Assembly: GCA_965246885.1 (NCBI GenBank)
Contig: OZ251992.1
Location: forward strand, 1,632,001-1,696,000
DNA: 64,000 bases
Reading direction: 5' to 3'
From: Abditibacterium sp.
GTDB taxonomy: Bacteria; Armatimonadota; Abditibacteriia; Abditibacteriales; Abditibacteriaceae
The translations under genes and the position numbers were made by a program. Every line of letters begins with the position of its first letter. The stretch's first letter is position 1. This document shows, one piece after another, positions 38,146 to 47,312 of this stretch. Under the pieces are notes generated by a model that worked only from the letters and a program-made list of their open reading frames with translations, ran no database searches and had not been told where the DNA came from.

Positions 38146-38177
38146 CGCAAAAAATAATTCACGAAAACCTTGTCGTG
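38146..38177. promoter_or_regulatory. candidate operator: two overlapping 18-bp dyads
   Basis: CGCAA-N8-TCACG and CACGA-N8-TCGTG in the AT-rich divergent spacer. Confidence 0.45.
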
Positions 38178-38227
38178 TCTTTTGTTTCGGGTTATGCTAT
38201 TTCCCGCCGAAGGGAAGTCGGCGAATT

Positions 38228-39688
38228 ATGGCATCACTCAATCAATCAGCGCCCATCGCAGTGGCTTATGGCGACGGCATCGGGCCGGAAATCATGGACG
38301 CAACGCTCCGCGTCCTCCATGCTGCGGGCGCGCGCATCGAAACCACCGTTGTCGAAATCGGGCAACGCGCTTATGAGCGCGGTCACAGCGCCGGGATTGC
38401 GCCGGAAACGTGGCAGGTATTGGAGCAAAGCGCCGCGTTCCTCAAGTCCCCGATTATGACGCCCCAAGGCGGCGGCTTCAAATCGCTCAACGTCACCGTC
38501 CGCAAAACGCTCGGACTTTATGCCAACGTGCGGCCTTGCGTGGCGTATGCGCCCTATGTCCAAACCAAGCACCCGAAGATGGACGTGGTGATCGTGCGCG
38601 AGAACGAGGAGGATGTCTACGCGGGCATCGAGCACCGCCAAACCGAAGACGTGATGCAGTGTTTGAAGCTCATCACTCGTCCGGGCTGCGAGAAAATCGT
38701 GCGCTACGCTTTTGAATACGCCCGCGCTCACGGCCGCAAGCGCGTCACCTGCTTCACCAAAGACAACATCATGAAGCTGACGGACGGGCTGTTTCACCGC
38801 GTCTTCGACGAAATCGCGCACGAATACCCCGACATCGAGAACGACCACATGATTGTGGACATCGGGGCCGCAAAGCTCGCCGATACACCCGAAGCGTTCG
38901 ATGTTATCGTGATGCCGAACCTGTATGGCGACATTTTGTCGGACGTTGCCGCCCAGATTGCGGGGTCTATTGGCCTCGCCGGAACCGCCAACATCGGGGC
39001 GGGCGGCGCCATGTTCGAGGCCATTCACGGCAGCGCCCCCGACATCGCGGGGCGAAACATCGCCAACCCGTCCGGGTTAATTCTCTCCGCCGTTATGATG
39101 CTGGTTCACGTCGGGCAGGGCGACATAGCGACGACCATCCACAACGCTTGGCTCAAAGCCCTCGAAGATGGGCAGCACACGGGCGATGTTTGGAACGCCG
39201 AAACGAGCCGCGCGAAGCTTGGCACGCGCGAGTTCGCCGACGCGGTCATTGAGCGGCTGGGCCAAAAGCCGGGGCACTTCACCCCCGCCGATTATCCGCT
39301 CGAAGCTAAAGCCGACGTTGTGCCCGCCAAAACTGCGAGTTGGAAGCCGCCCGCGCGCAAGGAAATCGTCGGCGTTGATATGTTCCTGCAATATCGCGGC
39401 GCACCGGGCGACTTGGGCGACCGCTTGTGGAAGGTGGGCACGGGGAATCTTAACTTGCAGATGGTGACGAATCGCGGCGTCAAGGTGTGGCCCGACCCGC
39501 ACCCCAACACCTTTTGCACCGATCACTGGCGTTGCCGCTTTATGGCGCCGCCCGCGCACACTATCTCCAATTTGCAAATCCTCTCCTTGTACGCGCGCTT
39601 GATAGACGACGGCTTCGATGTCATCAAGACCGAGAACCTGTGCACCTTTGATGGCGCCCCCGGCTACTCGATGGGCCAAGGGCAGTAA
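38228..39688 (+). CDS. icd: isocitrate dehydrogenase with C-terminal extension
   Basis: GDGIGPEI, KSLNV, RENEED, KDNIMK, NLYGDILSD, EAIHGSAPD and TDHWRCRF. Confidence 0.95.
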   Translation: MASLNQSAPIAVAYGDGIGPEIMDATLRVLHAAGARIETTVVEIGQRAYERGHSAGIAPETWQVLEQSAAFLKSPIMTPQGGGFKSLNVTVRKTLGLYANVRPCVAYAPYVQTKHPKMDVVIVRENEEDVYAGIEHRQTEDVMQCLKLITRPGCEKIVRYAFEYARAHGRKRVTCFTKDNIMKLTDGLFHRVFDEIAHEYPDIENDHMIVDIGAAKLADTPEAFDVIVMPNLYGDILSDVAAQIAGSIGLAGTANIGAGGAMFEAIHGSAPDIAGRNIANPSGLILSAVMMLVHVGQGDIATTIHNAWLKALEDGQHTGDVWNAETSRAKLGTREFADAVIERLGQKPGHFTPADYPLEAKADVVPAKTASWKPPARKEIVGVDMFLQYRGAPGDLGDRLWKVGTGNLNLQMVTNRGVKVWPDPHPNTFCTDHWRCRFMAPPAHTISNLQILSLYARLIDDGFDVIKTENLCTFDGAPGYSMGQGQ

Positions 39689-39708
39689 AGCAAACGGAAT
39701 ACCGGGTC

Positions 39709-39818
39709 AATTCTTCCGTCGGCGCGCATGGGCGGACGGAAGAATTAGGCGCGCCGCCAAAAGAATTAGCTGCGCCGCCGAAAGAATTAGCTAATTCTTC
39801 GAGGAATTAGCTGCGCCG
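39709..39818. repeat. GAAGAATTAGC-type 21-bp periodic repeats with inverted copies
   Basis: AATTAG at 39743, 39764, 39785 and 39805; palindrome GAATTAGCTAATTC at 39784. Confidence 0.75.
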
Positions 39819-39871
39819 ACAACAAAATCACCCGCGCCGACGAGCGGCGCGGGTGGGTGACTCATAAAATC

Positions 39872-40852
39872 ATGAACATTTCTCTCTTACTGACCAACAT
39901 TTTGCAGCCGCCGGTACTGTTTTTCGGGTTGGGTTTGGCGGCGATTGTGTCGCGCGCGCGGCTGGAGATTCCCGCTTCTCTGGTCAAAGCGATGTCGCTG
40001 TATTTGCTCCTCGCGATTGGCTTCAAGGGCGGCGTCGAACTGCGGGCGAGCGGACTGACGCCACTGGTCATCATGGAAATGCTGGCGGCCATTGCCCTCG
40101 CGTGCTCGGTTCCGGTGTGGACGTTTTTCGTGGCGCGGCGCAAGTTGGATGTGGCGAACGCGGCGGCAGTCGCGGCGACGTACGGTTCGGTTTCGGCGGT
40201 CACGTTTATCGCGGCGACGAGCTTTTTGGACACCTTGAAAGTGGCGCACGGCGGCCACATGGTCGCGGCGATGGCCTTGATGGAAGCGCCCGCCATCGTT
40301 GTCGGCCTCGCTTTGGCGCGCAAGTTCGGCGCGATGAACACCGAGTCGGGCGGCAAGGGCGACTGGAAAGAAGTCTTGCAGGACGCCTTCTTGAATGGCA
40401 GCGTGTTCATGCTCGCCGGTTCGTTCGTCATCGGATTATTGACGGGCGAGTCGGGGAAAGCGGCGCTCAACCCGTTCACCGGCGACATCTTCAAGGGCGT
40501 GTTGTGCTTGTTCCTGTTGGAGATGGGCTTGACGGCGGGCAAGAAATGGGTAGACCTTAAAGGCGTGGGCGCTTTCCCGCTCGCGTGGGGCTTGTGCGCG
40601 CCCCCAATGCACGCAATGCTGGCGCTTGGATTGGCCTACGCCCTCCATATGCCGCCGGGGGACGCGCTTTTGCTCACCATTTTGGGCGCGAGTGCATCCT
40701 ACATTGCCGTTCCTGCGGCCATGCGTATCGCGCTCCCGGAAGCCAACCCCGGTTTGTATGTTTCGATGGCGCTGGCCATTACCTTCCCGTTCAATCTGTT
40801 GGTCGGCATGCCGCTTTATTATGCCGCGATTCGGGCGCTGTGGCGGGTGTGA
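39872..40852 (+). CDS. sbtA: SbtA-family sodium-dependent bicarbonate transporter (DUF897)
   Basis: YLLLAIGFKGG, YGSVSAVTF, FLLEMG, SASYIAVPAAMR and TFPFN. Confidence 0.9.
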   Translation: MNISLLLTNILQPPVLFFGLGLAAIVSRARLEIPASLVKAMSLYLLLAIGFKGGVELRASGLTPLVIMEMLAAIALACSVPVWTFFVARRKLDVANAAAVAATYGSVSAVTFIAATSFLDTLKVAHGGHMVAAMALMEAPAIVVGLALARKFGAMNTESGGKGDWKEVLQDAFLNGSVFMLAGSFVIGLLTGESGKAALNPFTGDIFKGVLCLFLLEMGLTAGKKWVDLKGVGAFPLAWGLCAPPMHAMLALGLAYALHMPPGDALLLTILGASASYIAVPAAMRIALPEANPGLYVSMALAITFPFNLLVGMPLYYAAIRALWRV

Positions 40853-40913
40853 GTTGCAAGCTACCTCCAAGGTGGCTGGGCCACAATGGGAGGTGAGCCA
40901 TTACACTCCCGGC

Positions 40914-41480
40914 ATGACCAAAAGTGTGTTTGCGCTCGCCATTCTCCTCGGCGCGCCGTGCCTGAGCCACGCCAAGCCGCGCTTATTGCAGCCGTCCGCG
41001 ACCACGCCGACGTTTAAAAGCGCCGCCGATGGATTCTCGATTTATTTTCCGTCCAAGCCCATGAAAAGCACGCGGGAGGAGGAGCTTGCGGGCCACAAAA
41101 TCCCGTTCCACATCGTTTCCGCACAGGCCAACGGCATGGCGTTCGTCGTGGTGTCCGCGCGCACCCCCGCCAACGTCAAAACTTCCTCCGCTTCGCGTCA
41201 ACTCGATTTTACGCAGCAAGGCTTCATGGCCCCGGCAAAAGGGGCCGGGTATTCACTATTGAGTCGCCAAGAGTTGCTGTTAGGCGCCGTTCCGGGGCGG
41301 GAACTCCTCATCAGCGCGCCAAGCAAGCCCAACCAAATCCGCGCTCGTTTGTTCTTCCAAGCGCCGATGTCGTATCAGGTGCTGGCCATTGTCCCGAAAA
41401 AAGCGACTGCCGCACAACGGGCGCAAGTCGTCCGCGTCCTCGATTCGTTCCGCATCGGCACAGTGGGCAAGGCCAACTGA
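40914..41480 (+). CDS. hypothetical secreted protein
   Basis: signal peptide ending SHA; FSIYFP and LDSFR motifs. Confidence 0.7.
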   Translation: MTKSVFALAILLGAPCLSHAKPRLLQPSATTPTFKSAADGFSIYFPSKPMKSTREEELAGHKIPFHIVSAQANGMAFVVVSARTPANVKTSSASRQLDFTQQGFMAPAKGAGYSLLSRQELLLGAVPGRELLISAPSKPNQIRARLFFQAPMSYQVLAIVPKKATAAQRAQVVRVLDSFRIGTVGKAN

Positions 41481-41481
41481 A

Positions 41482-42159
41482 ATGCCCTCGACCGAGGAAC
41501 TCGTCGCCGAACTGATTAAGCGCGGCGCGACGATGGAGCAGGTCGCGCTTCTCAAAGACCCCGGCGCGAACACGCCCGACGAGGCGCTGCAACTGCTGCG
41601 CACGGGCAACGCGCGCTTCTTTTCGGGCCATCCCGAACGGGTTTTTACCGACGTGAACCAGCGCCGCGCGCAGATTATGGCGCAAACGCCTTTCGCCGCC
41701 ATCGTTGGTTGCGCCGATTCGCGCGTGCCGGTGGAAATCATCTTCGATCAAGGGCCGGGAGACATCTTTTCGATTCGCGTCGCGGGCCACGTCATTTCCC
41801 CCGGCGCGCTTGGAAGCGTGCAATACGCCATTGCTCACCTCAAGATTCACCTTGTTGTGGTGCTGGGCCACGAGGGTTGCGGCGCGGTGGCGGCGGCGAT
41901 GCACGGGGGCGACTTCACCCATGAGCCGTCGCACGTCCAGTTCCTGCTCGAAGCCATCGCGCCCGCGCTGCAAAACATCGGTAGCATCCGCGACCCCAAA
42001 GCGAGGATGCGCGAAGCGTGCGTTCTCAACGTGATGCACCAAAAAGCCTTGCTCGAAGCCGACCCTTTCATCAAGGCCGCCGTCGCGTCGGGCCGCTTGC
42101 AAGTCGTCGGCGCTTTCTACGAAATCGGAAGCGGCGCGGTGGATTTTTTGGAGGGGTAA
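41482..42159 (+). CDS. beta-carbonic anhydrase
   Basis: GNARF, CADSRVP and HEGCGAV zinc ligands. Confidence 0.95.
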   Translation: MPSTEELVAELIKRGATMEQVALLKDPGANTPDEALQLLRTGNARFFSGHPERVFTDVNQRRAQIMAQTPFAAIVGCADSRVPVEIIFDQGPGDIFSIRVAGHVISPGALGSVQYAIAHLKIHLVVVLGHEGCGAVAAAMHGGDFTHEPSHVQFLLEAIAPALQNIGSIRDPKARMREACVLNVMHQKALLEADPFIKAAVASGRLQVVGAFYEIGSGAVDFLEG

Positions 42160-42195
42160 AGTCACAGCGCGTTGTCCCAGAGCATAATTTCAAGC

Positions 42196-42666
42196 ATGAA
42201 TCCCCGCGTTCTCGCCGAGTTTGTCAACCTCTTCTGCGCCGGTATCTTGGCGGGAATGGAAGTCGCCATTCACTTCGGCTTCCCGATGTCCGCCGAGTTT
42301 CTGGACGAGGAAGCGCAGCTTCGACTTCGCCAAGCCCTCGTCCTCCGCTTGCGCGTTTTGGTGCCGCTTTTCTTCGTCCCGACGGCGCTGTCAGCGTTGG
42401 CCGTTCTCGCGTTGAATAGGGCCGCGCCCGGTCTGTGGTTTCGGGGAACCGGAGCCGTTGCGCTCCTCGTTTGGATAGCGATCCGGGTCGTCGGCACCAT
42501 TCCCATCAACAGTGCGACGCTCGAATGGCCTCCCGACGCGCCGCCTAAGGACTGGAAGTCGCGGGTCAAGCACGCCGAGCGATTCCACAACGTCGGCGTC
42601 GCGGCGGCGGTGTTGGCCTTTGCGTGCTCCCTCGTCGCCGTCGCAGTACGGTTGGGCGGGGGATAA
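42196..42666 (+). CDS. DUF1772 (anthrone oxygenase-like) membrane protein
   Basis: 4 TM helices; PIN...W...PP.DW...H motif. Confidence 0.75.
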   Translation: MNPRVLAEFVNLFCAGILAGMEVAIHFGFPMSAEFLDEEAQLRLRQALVLRLRVLVPLFFVPTALSALAVLALNRAAPGLWFRGTGAVALLVWIAIRVVGTIPINSATLEWPPDAPPKDWKSRVKHAERFHNVGVAAAVLAFACSLVAVAVRLGGG

Positions 42667-42737
42667 AGAAAGGTGTCTCGCCGAAGGAAATTGCTACTTC
42701 TTTCGATAAAATAGGCCGAGCCTGACTTGCTAACGAA

Positions 42738-42886
42738 CTACCGCTCTGGCACAATCTCAAACGCGCCGCCATCGGCGAGGCGGTAGACGAAGAAGTCGGA
42801 ATCGAGGGTGAAGATGCGGTGGGTGCGGAGCGACTGGGCGACGACGACGAGCGAAGCGTCGGCCAAGTCCATTGGGTGTCGCGGTA
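42738..42886 (-). pseudogene. C-terminal remnant of a PIN/VapC toxin
   Basis: MDLADASLVVVAQ...IFTLDSDFFVYR at 42872-42738; the upstream YRDT is 1 nt out of frame; N-terminal two-thirds absent. Confidence 0.8.
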
Positions 42887-42894
42887 GCAACGGC

Positions 42895-43473
42895 TTAATT
42901 TTCCCTGCGCTCCATCTTCACCTGATACATGGCGTCGTCGGCGTGGCGCATGAGTTCTTACAGCGTGCCGCCGTCGTCGGGGTAGCAGGCGACGCCCAAG
43001 CTCAAACTCGCCACTATGGTCTGACCTTGCACTGGAAACGGTTGCTCCATGTGTTCCAACAAACGCTTGACGATGGACTCGACATAGGCAGGCCGCGTGT
43101 TATGGAGCAACAGGACAAACTCGTCGCCGCCCAAACGGGCCGCGAAATCGGGGGCGTGCAGAAAAGACGAAACCCGCTCTCCAACCGCTTTGAGCAATTC
43201 ATCACCCGCGTAGTGCCCCAACGTTTCGTTCACCATCTTGAATTTGTCGAGGTCGAAATAAAGGAGGGAGAAGCGTTGCTCGTGTCGCAGCAATTCTTCG
43301 GCTTCTTTGCCCAGACCATTCCGGTTCGCCAACTGAGTAAGCGGGTCGAGGTCGGCCAAGGAATCGAACGAACTTGGCACCTGTGCCAGAACGCGCACCT
43401 GTAGCCGTTTGCCGCGCAGTTCATCGGCGCGCGCTTCGATCTCTTCCCATGTGCCTTCGAGAATGGTTGCCAT
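42895..43473 (-). pseudogene. GGDEF diguanylate cyclase with an in-frame TAA near the C-terminus
   Basis: DPLTQLANR, DLDKFK, GHYAGD and RLGGDEF; TAA at 42960-42958 then ELMRHADDAMYQVK continues in frame to 42895. Confidence 0.85.
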
Positions 43474-43600
43474 GATGGGCAGAAGTTTATGGGGTTGGCG
43501 CCGATTAGAAAAAGAAAAGGCAGGCGAAAACGGGGGTTGGGGCACCGATATAGCGACGCGGGGCGGCGGCTTTGAAAAGAGAAGGCCAACACCCAACACC

Positions 43601-44533
43601 ATGTTTTTACGCATTGACAAACTGCCCGTCGAACTCCCGATGTCGCCGGACATCGACCCCGTTGCTGCGCGCAACGTGCAGGAACTGCTCGGCGGGCGCT
43701 TCGGCGAGATGTCCACGCTCCTGAACTACACCTTCCAGTCGTTCAACATGCGCGGACGCGATTCGATCAAGCCCTACTACTCGCTGATCTCCAACATCGC
43801 CGCCGAAGAGGGCGGGCACATCGAGATCGTGACGGCGGCCATCAACTCCCTCCTCAACGGCCCGCGCACCGAGTTCGACGACTCGCAAGACCCGCTCAGC
43901 GCGCCGTTCAAGAACCTGCCCGGTGGCGCGTTCGGCGGTCACTACATCGCGGCGGCGCAAACGGCGCTGCCCGTTGATTCGCGCGGGATGCCTTGGACGG
44001 GCGACAACGTGTTCTCGTCGGGCAACCTGATTCTCGACTTGCTCCACAACTTCTTCCTCGAAAACGGCGCGCGCACCCAGAAACTGCGCGTCTACGAGAT
44101 GACCGACAACCCGGCGGCGCGCGCCATGCTCGGCTACTTGTTCGTGCGCGGCGGCGTGCATGCGATGGCCTACGCCAAAGCCCTCGAAACCCTGACCGGC
44201 GTGAAGATGAGCGAGATGCTGCCCATCCCGAACATCCCCAACAAATACTTCCCCGAAGCGCGCAAGTTTCAGGAAGAAGGCTCGCACCTCAAGCTCTATC
44301 GCTTCTCGCCAGACGATTACAAGGACGCGGGCACCATTTGGAGCGGCCCCGCGCCCGAAGCCTACCACGAAAACGTCGGCGGCAAAACCGAGTTCGAGTT
44401 CATAGACGCCCCGCCCCAAGGCGGCGACCTCGCCCACCTCGCCGGTATCGCGTCGAGCTTTTCGCCCAACTACGCGCCCGAAGAAATCATGGAAATCGCC
44501 ACCAAGCTGTATAACAAGGCGAAGGACAAGTAG
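43601..44533 (+). CDS. manganese catalase
   Basis: ELLGGRFGE, EExxHIE and RGGVH..AY. Confidence 0.93.
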   Translation: MFLRIDKLPVELPMSPDIDPVAARNVQELLGGRFGEMSTLLNYTFQSFNMRGRDSIKPYYSLISNIAAEEGGHIEIVTAAINSLLNGPRTEFDDSQDPLSAPFKNLPGGAFGGHYIAAAQTALPVDSRGMPWTGDNVFSSGNLILDLLHNFFLENGARTQKLRVYEMTDNPAARAMLGYLFVRGGVHAMAYAKALETLTGVKMSEMLPIPNIPNKYFPEARKFQEEGSHLKLYRFSPDDYKDAGTIWSGPAPEAYHENVGGKTEFEFIDAPPQGGDLAHLAGIASSFSPNYAPEEIMEIATKLYNKAKDK

Positions 44534-44546
44534 CTCTTGAATCTAT

Positions 44547-44581
44547 AAAAGCCCGCCGCGAACTGTTCGCGGCGGGCTTTT
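44547..44581 (+). terminator. intrinsic terminator
   Basis: AAAAGCCCGCCGCGAAC-T-GTTCGCGGCGGGCTTTT. Confidence 0.85.
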
Positions 44582-44598
44582 GCTTCAAACTGTAGCGC

Positions 44599-45231
44599 AT
44601 GACGAACTGGCAGGAGGAAGTCGAGGAGTTCCGCGCGTGGGCGAAGGATCAAATCCAGATCGCCGAGTGGGAGTGCAATTACGACGAGTGGGCGCCAATC
44701 TATGAAGGCGTGGCCGAGTTCTTGAGAGAGTTGGAGCCACACGGCTGGACGAGCCGACAGACCGACGACTTACTGTATATTTTGGCGCGTGATTGGGAGT
44801 GTGCCATCATCTCCGATGGGTTGCGCCCAAACCATGCGGAGGCCACTTTCCATTTGGCATCAAAAAGTTTGGAGAACAGCGACTTCGATGCGCGCTGGCA
44901 ACTCGCCAACACCTTGGGGTATTTGATGCCGGACGAGCGTGTCGAGCCGCTTCTGCTGCGTTTCGCGGATGACGAAGAAGAGTATGTTCGCCGCCGCGCG
45001 CTTCAATCGCTGACACGCATTGGGTCACAACACGTCGAGCGACTGGCCCTTCGGGAGTGGGCGCGCGAAGACGAAAATCAGCAATGGGCGCGTATGAGCG
45101 CCCTAATGTGTTGGCACCATATTAACTCGCCCCTCATGGAATCACATCTGCGCGAAGCCGAAGCCTCCGGCATGGAATACCTGCCGGATTATGCACGCCG
45201 CCTGCGAAATGGCGAGATCGAGCCGCTCTAA
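44599..45231 (+). CDS. HEAT-repeat protein
   Basis: DARWQLA..LG and EYVRRRAL..L repeats. Confidence 0.75.
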   Translation: MTNWQEEVEEFRAWAKDQIQIAEWECNYDEWAPIYEGVAEFLRELEPHGWTSRQTDDLLYILARDWECAIISDGLRPNHAEATFHLASKSLENSDFDARWQLANTLGYLMPDERVEPLLLRFADDEEEYVRRRALQSLTRIGSQHVERLALREWAREDENQQWARMSALMCWHHINSPLMESHLREAEASGMEYLPDYARRLRNGEIEPL

Positions 45232-45243
45232 AACCCGCCCGAT

Positions 45244-45572
45244 TCATTTCGCGGCGGCCCTTCGTTTATTCGGCGGGCGGCGTCCCCGGCTCGCTCGCCT
45301 TAGGGGGCGTCCGCCTTTTTGTCCGTTGGCGCGGGCGGCGGCGGTTTTGGCTTCGCTTGTGATGGCGCCGATTTGGGCCATGTGCGCGCGGTGCGTTTTC
45401 AGGCCGGTGATGCGTTCGATGAGGCCCGTTACGAGGAAATCCTCGTTCGCTTTGCGCCAGATACGGACAGGGTGGCGCCTTCGATGGCGGTGCCCGCGAG
45501 GGAAAGATGCAAAACGCCGTTCTTGTGGCGCGCGGCGCTGACTTTGGGCTTATTGGAAGGTAATTGCGTCAT
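45244..45572 (-). pseudogene. frameshifted DUF2442-like gene
   Basis: frame 1 MTQLPS...LHLSL; frame 2 IWRKANEDFLV.GLI...TSEAKTAAARANGQKGGRP. Confidence 0.65.
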
Positions 45573-45632
45573 GCTGATTGGTCGCCCTCTAACCAACACG
45601 TTTAGATTCGGCAGAGGTGCCACACTGTAAAG

Positions 45633-46073
45633 GTGCGTCGCCATAATCTCGGTTTAATGTGGGGGCTGGTGGCCATCTGCTTTGTGTTTTGCGGGGCGGT
45701 GGTTTTCTCGGTGCGGCAAGCGCGCGGCGATTCGGCGCGGGCGCATGAAGCGGCGAGTGCCTTTTATGCGCTGATGCAACACCGCGACTTTGCGGGTGCG
45801 CGGGCGATGCTGTCGCGCGAGCGGCAGGGCGTGTTAACTACCCAAACCCTCGCGCAAACGTGGGACAGGTTCGAGGCGAAGCATGGGACGCTCACGAAAT
45901 GGGAATTAGCGCGCACGCCAACGGTCTATGGCAACCGCGTTTCCATTTTCCCGCGCTACGTCGAAGAGTCGCGCCTCCTGAGCGGTACCAAAGGCGACCC
46001 CGGCGCGGGATTGCTCCAACTGCGGCCAGAGGATGGCACATGGAAAGTCGCCCGCGTTTCGATTGTGCCCTAA
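45633..46073 (+). CDS. membrane-anchored hypothetical protein (NTF2-like)
   Basis: N-terminal TM helix; F..L...DF..A..ML; EDGTWKV. Confidence 0.65.
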   Translation: MRRHNLGLMWGLVAICFVFCGAVVFSVRQARGDSARAHEAASAFYALMQHRDFAGARAMLSRERQGVLTTQTLAQTWDRFEAKHGTLTKWELARTPTVYGNRVSIFPRYVEESRLLSGTKGDPGAGLLQLRPEDGTWKVARVSIVP

Positions 46074-46079
46074 TCCCCC

Positions 46080-46694
46080 ATGACGACGCTTTCGTGGCTC
46101 GATACAATTGGGGTGGCGGTGTTCGCGGTGTCGGGCGTGTTGGGCGCGGCGCGCAAGCGGCTCGATTTGTTTGGCGCGCTGTCGGTCGCGTTCATTTGCG
46201 CGCTGGGCGGCGGGACGCTGCGCGACTTGCTCTTAGGAATTAGGCCCGTCGGCTGGATTCGCAACCCCACTCCGGCGCTGATTGCCCTTGGAAGCGCGGC
46301 GCTCGCGTTTGTTCTGCTGCGCTTTGTGGCGTTGCCGAGGCGTTTGATGTTGGTGTTGGACGCGCTCGGCTTGGGCGTGTTCGCCGTCTTGGGAGCGGCG
46401 AAGTCGCTCGACGCGGGTGCGTCTATTCTGGTGGCTTCGATTTTGGGCGCGCTGTCGGGCGCGGCGGGCGGGGCGATGCGCGACGTGTTATGCGGCGATG
46501 TGCCGCTCGTGCTGCGCGCGGACATCTACGCGACGGCGGCGCTTGTCGGGGCGCTCGCGTTTTGTCTGTTGCATCGGTGGGGCGTCCCGCGCGAGGCGGC
46601 GCTGTGGGGCGGAGCGATGCTCTGCTTTGGGCTGCGGCTGGCGGCGATCCGATGGAAGCTGGAGCTACCCCGCGCACGGGAGAAGATGGATTAG
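46080..46694 (+). CDS. trimeric intracellular cation channel family (UPF0126/YadS)
   Basis: GGGTLRDLL and GGAMRDVL internal repeat. Confidence 0.92.
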   Translation: MTTLSWLDTIGVAVFAVSGVLGAARKRLDLFGALSVAFICALGGGTLRDLLLGIRPVGWIRNPTPALIALGSAALAFVLLRFVALPRRLMLVLDALGLGVFAVLGAAKSLDAGASILVASILGALSGAAGGAMRDVLCGDVPLVLRADIYATAALVGALAFCLLHRWGVPREAALWGGAMLCFGLRLAAIRWKLELPRAREKMD

Positions 46695-46706
46695 GAACGA
46701 ACGCCG

Positions 46707-47000
46707 CTACCCCCGTACGCGCACCCGCTTGTTCGGGTCTAGCTTGCGAACCCACGCCAGAAAGCGCGCCATGCGCGGCTCGTCGCGTAGGCGTTCGAGG
46801 GTGTTGTATTCGTCTCTTAGCTGCGCGAGCGAGAAGAGCGCGTGGATTTGGCGGTGGCACGGCCAGCAGATGCAAATGGTCGGCGTGGTTTCGCCGCGTT
46901 TCAACTTCGAGCGCGGCGTGAGATGGTGCTCCGTCAGCTTGTCCACGTCGCGGCGGCACAGTTCGCAGGTCACGCCCGCTCGCCCCTGCCAATTGCGCAC
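46707..47000 (-). CDS. small HNH-like Zn protein (YisB-like)
   Basis: CELC, HHLTP and C..CHRQIH; start may be GTG 46973. Confidence 0.82.
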   Translation of the reverse strand: MRNWQGRAGVTCELCRRDVDKLTEHHLTPRSKLKRGETTPTICICWPCHRQIHALFSLAQLRDEYNTLERLRDEPRMARFLAWVRKLDPNKRVRVRG

Positions 47001-47015
47001 CGACGGGCGCCCTTG

Positions 47016-47270
47016 TCACCACAACAGGCTGGATAAGTCAATGGCTGCGATGTCCATCTCGACCGTTGCAAATACATCGAACGGCTCCTCATCGAACGGA
47101 CTGGGCGCCGGGGCGAAGCTGATGGTCGTCGCTTTCACTTCCATAATCCACCCCTCGTAATAGCTCCGCTTCGGATCAATTTCGGGCTTCAAGCGAAAGC
47201 ACTGGTGGCCTTCTTCCTCGCTGAGTCGGAGCAACATCTGGCGGGCGTGGGCGAGTTCGTCGGGGTTCAT
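47016..47270 (-). CDS. hypothetical protein
   Basis: 84-aa ATG ORF filling the gap on the same strand as its neighbours. Confidence 0.5.
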   Translation of the reverse strand: MNPDELAHARQMLLRLSEEEGHQCFRLKPEIDPKRSYYEGWIMEVKATTISFAPAPSPFDEEPFDVFATVEMDIAAIDLSSLLW

Positions 47271-47312
47271 GGCAGAAGCGGGTAGAAACACCGGTCTTTC
47301 GCTTGTTCCTTT

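Noticed and set aside
39872..42159. Autotrophic carbon-concentrating mechanism
   Set aside because: No RuBisCO or carboxysome genes in the window; SbtA and CA also occur in heterotrophs.
42958..42960. Programmed readthrough or Sec/Pyl recoding in the GGDEF gene
   Set aside because: The codon is TAA and the neighbouring gene is also decayed; a nonsense mutation or sequencing error is simpler.
46707..47000. Homing endonuclease or mobile element
   Set aside because: Short stand-alone YisB-like HNH with no intron, intein or terminal repeats.
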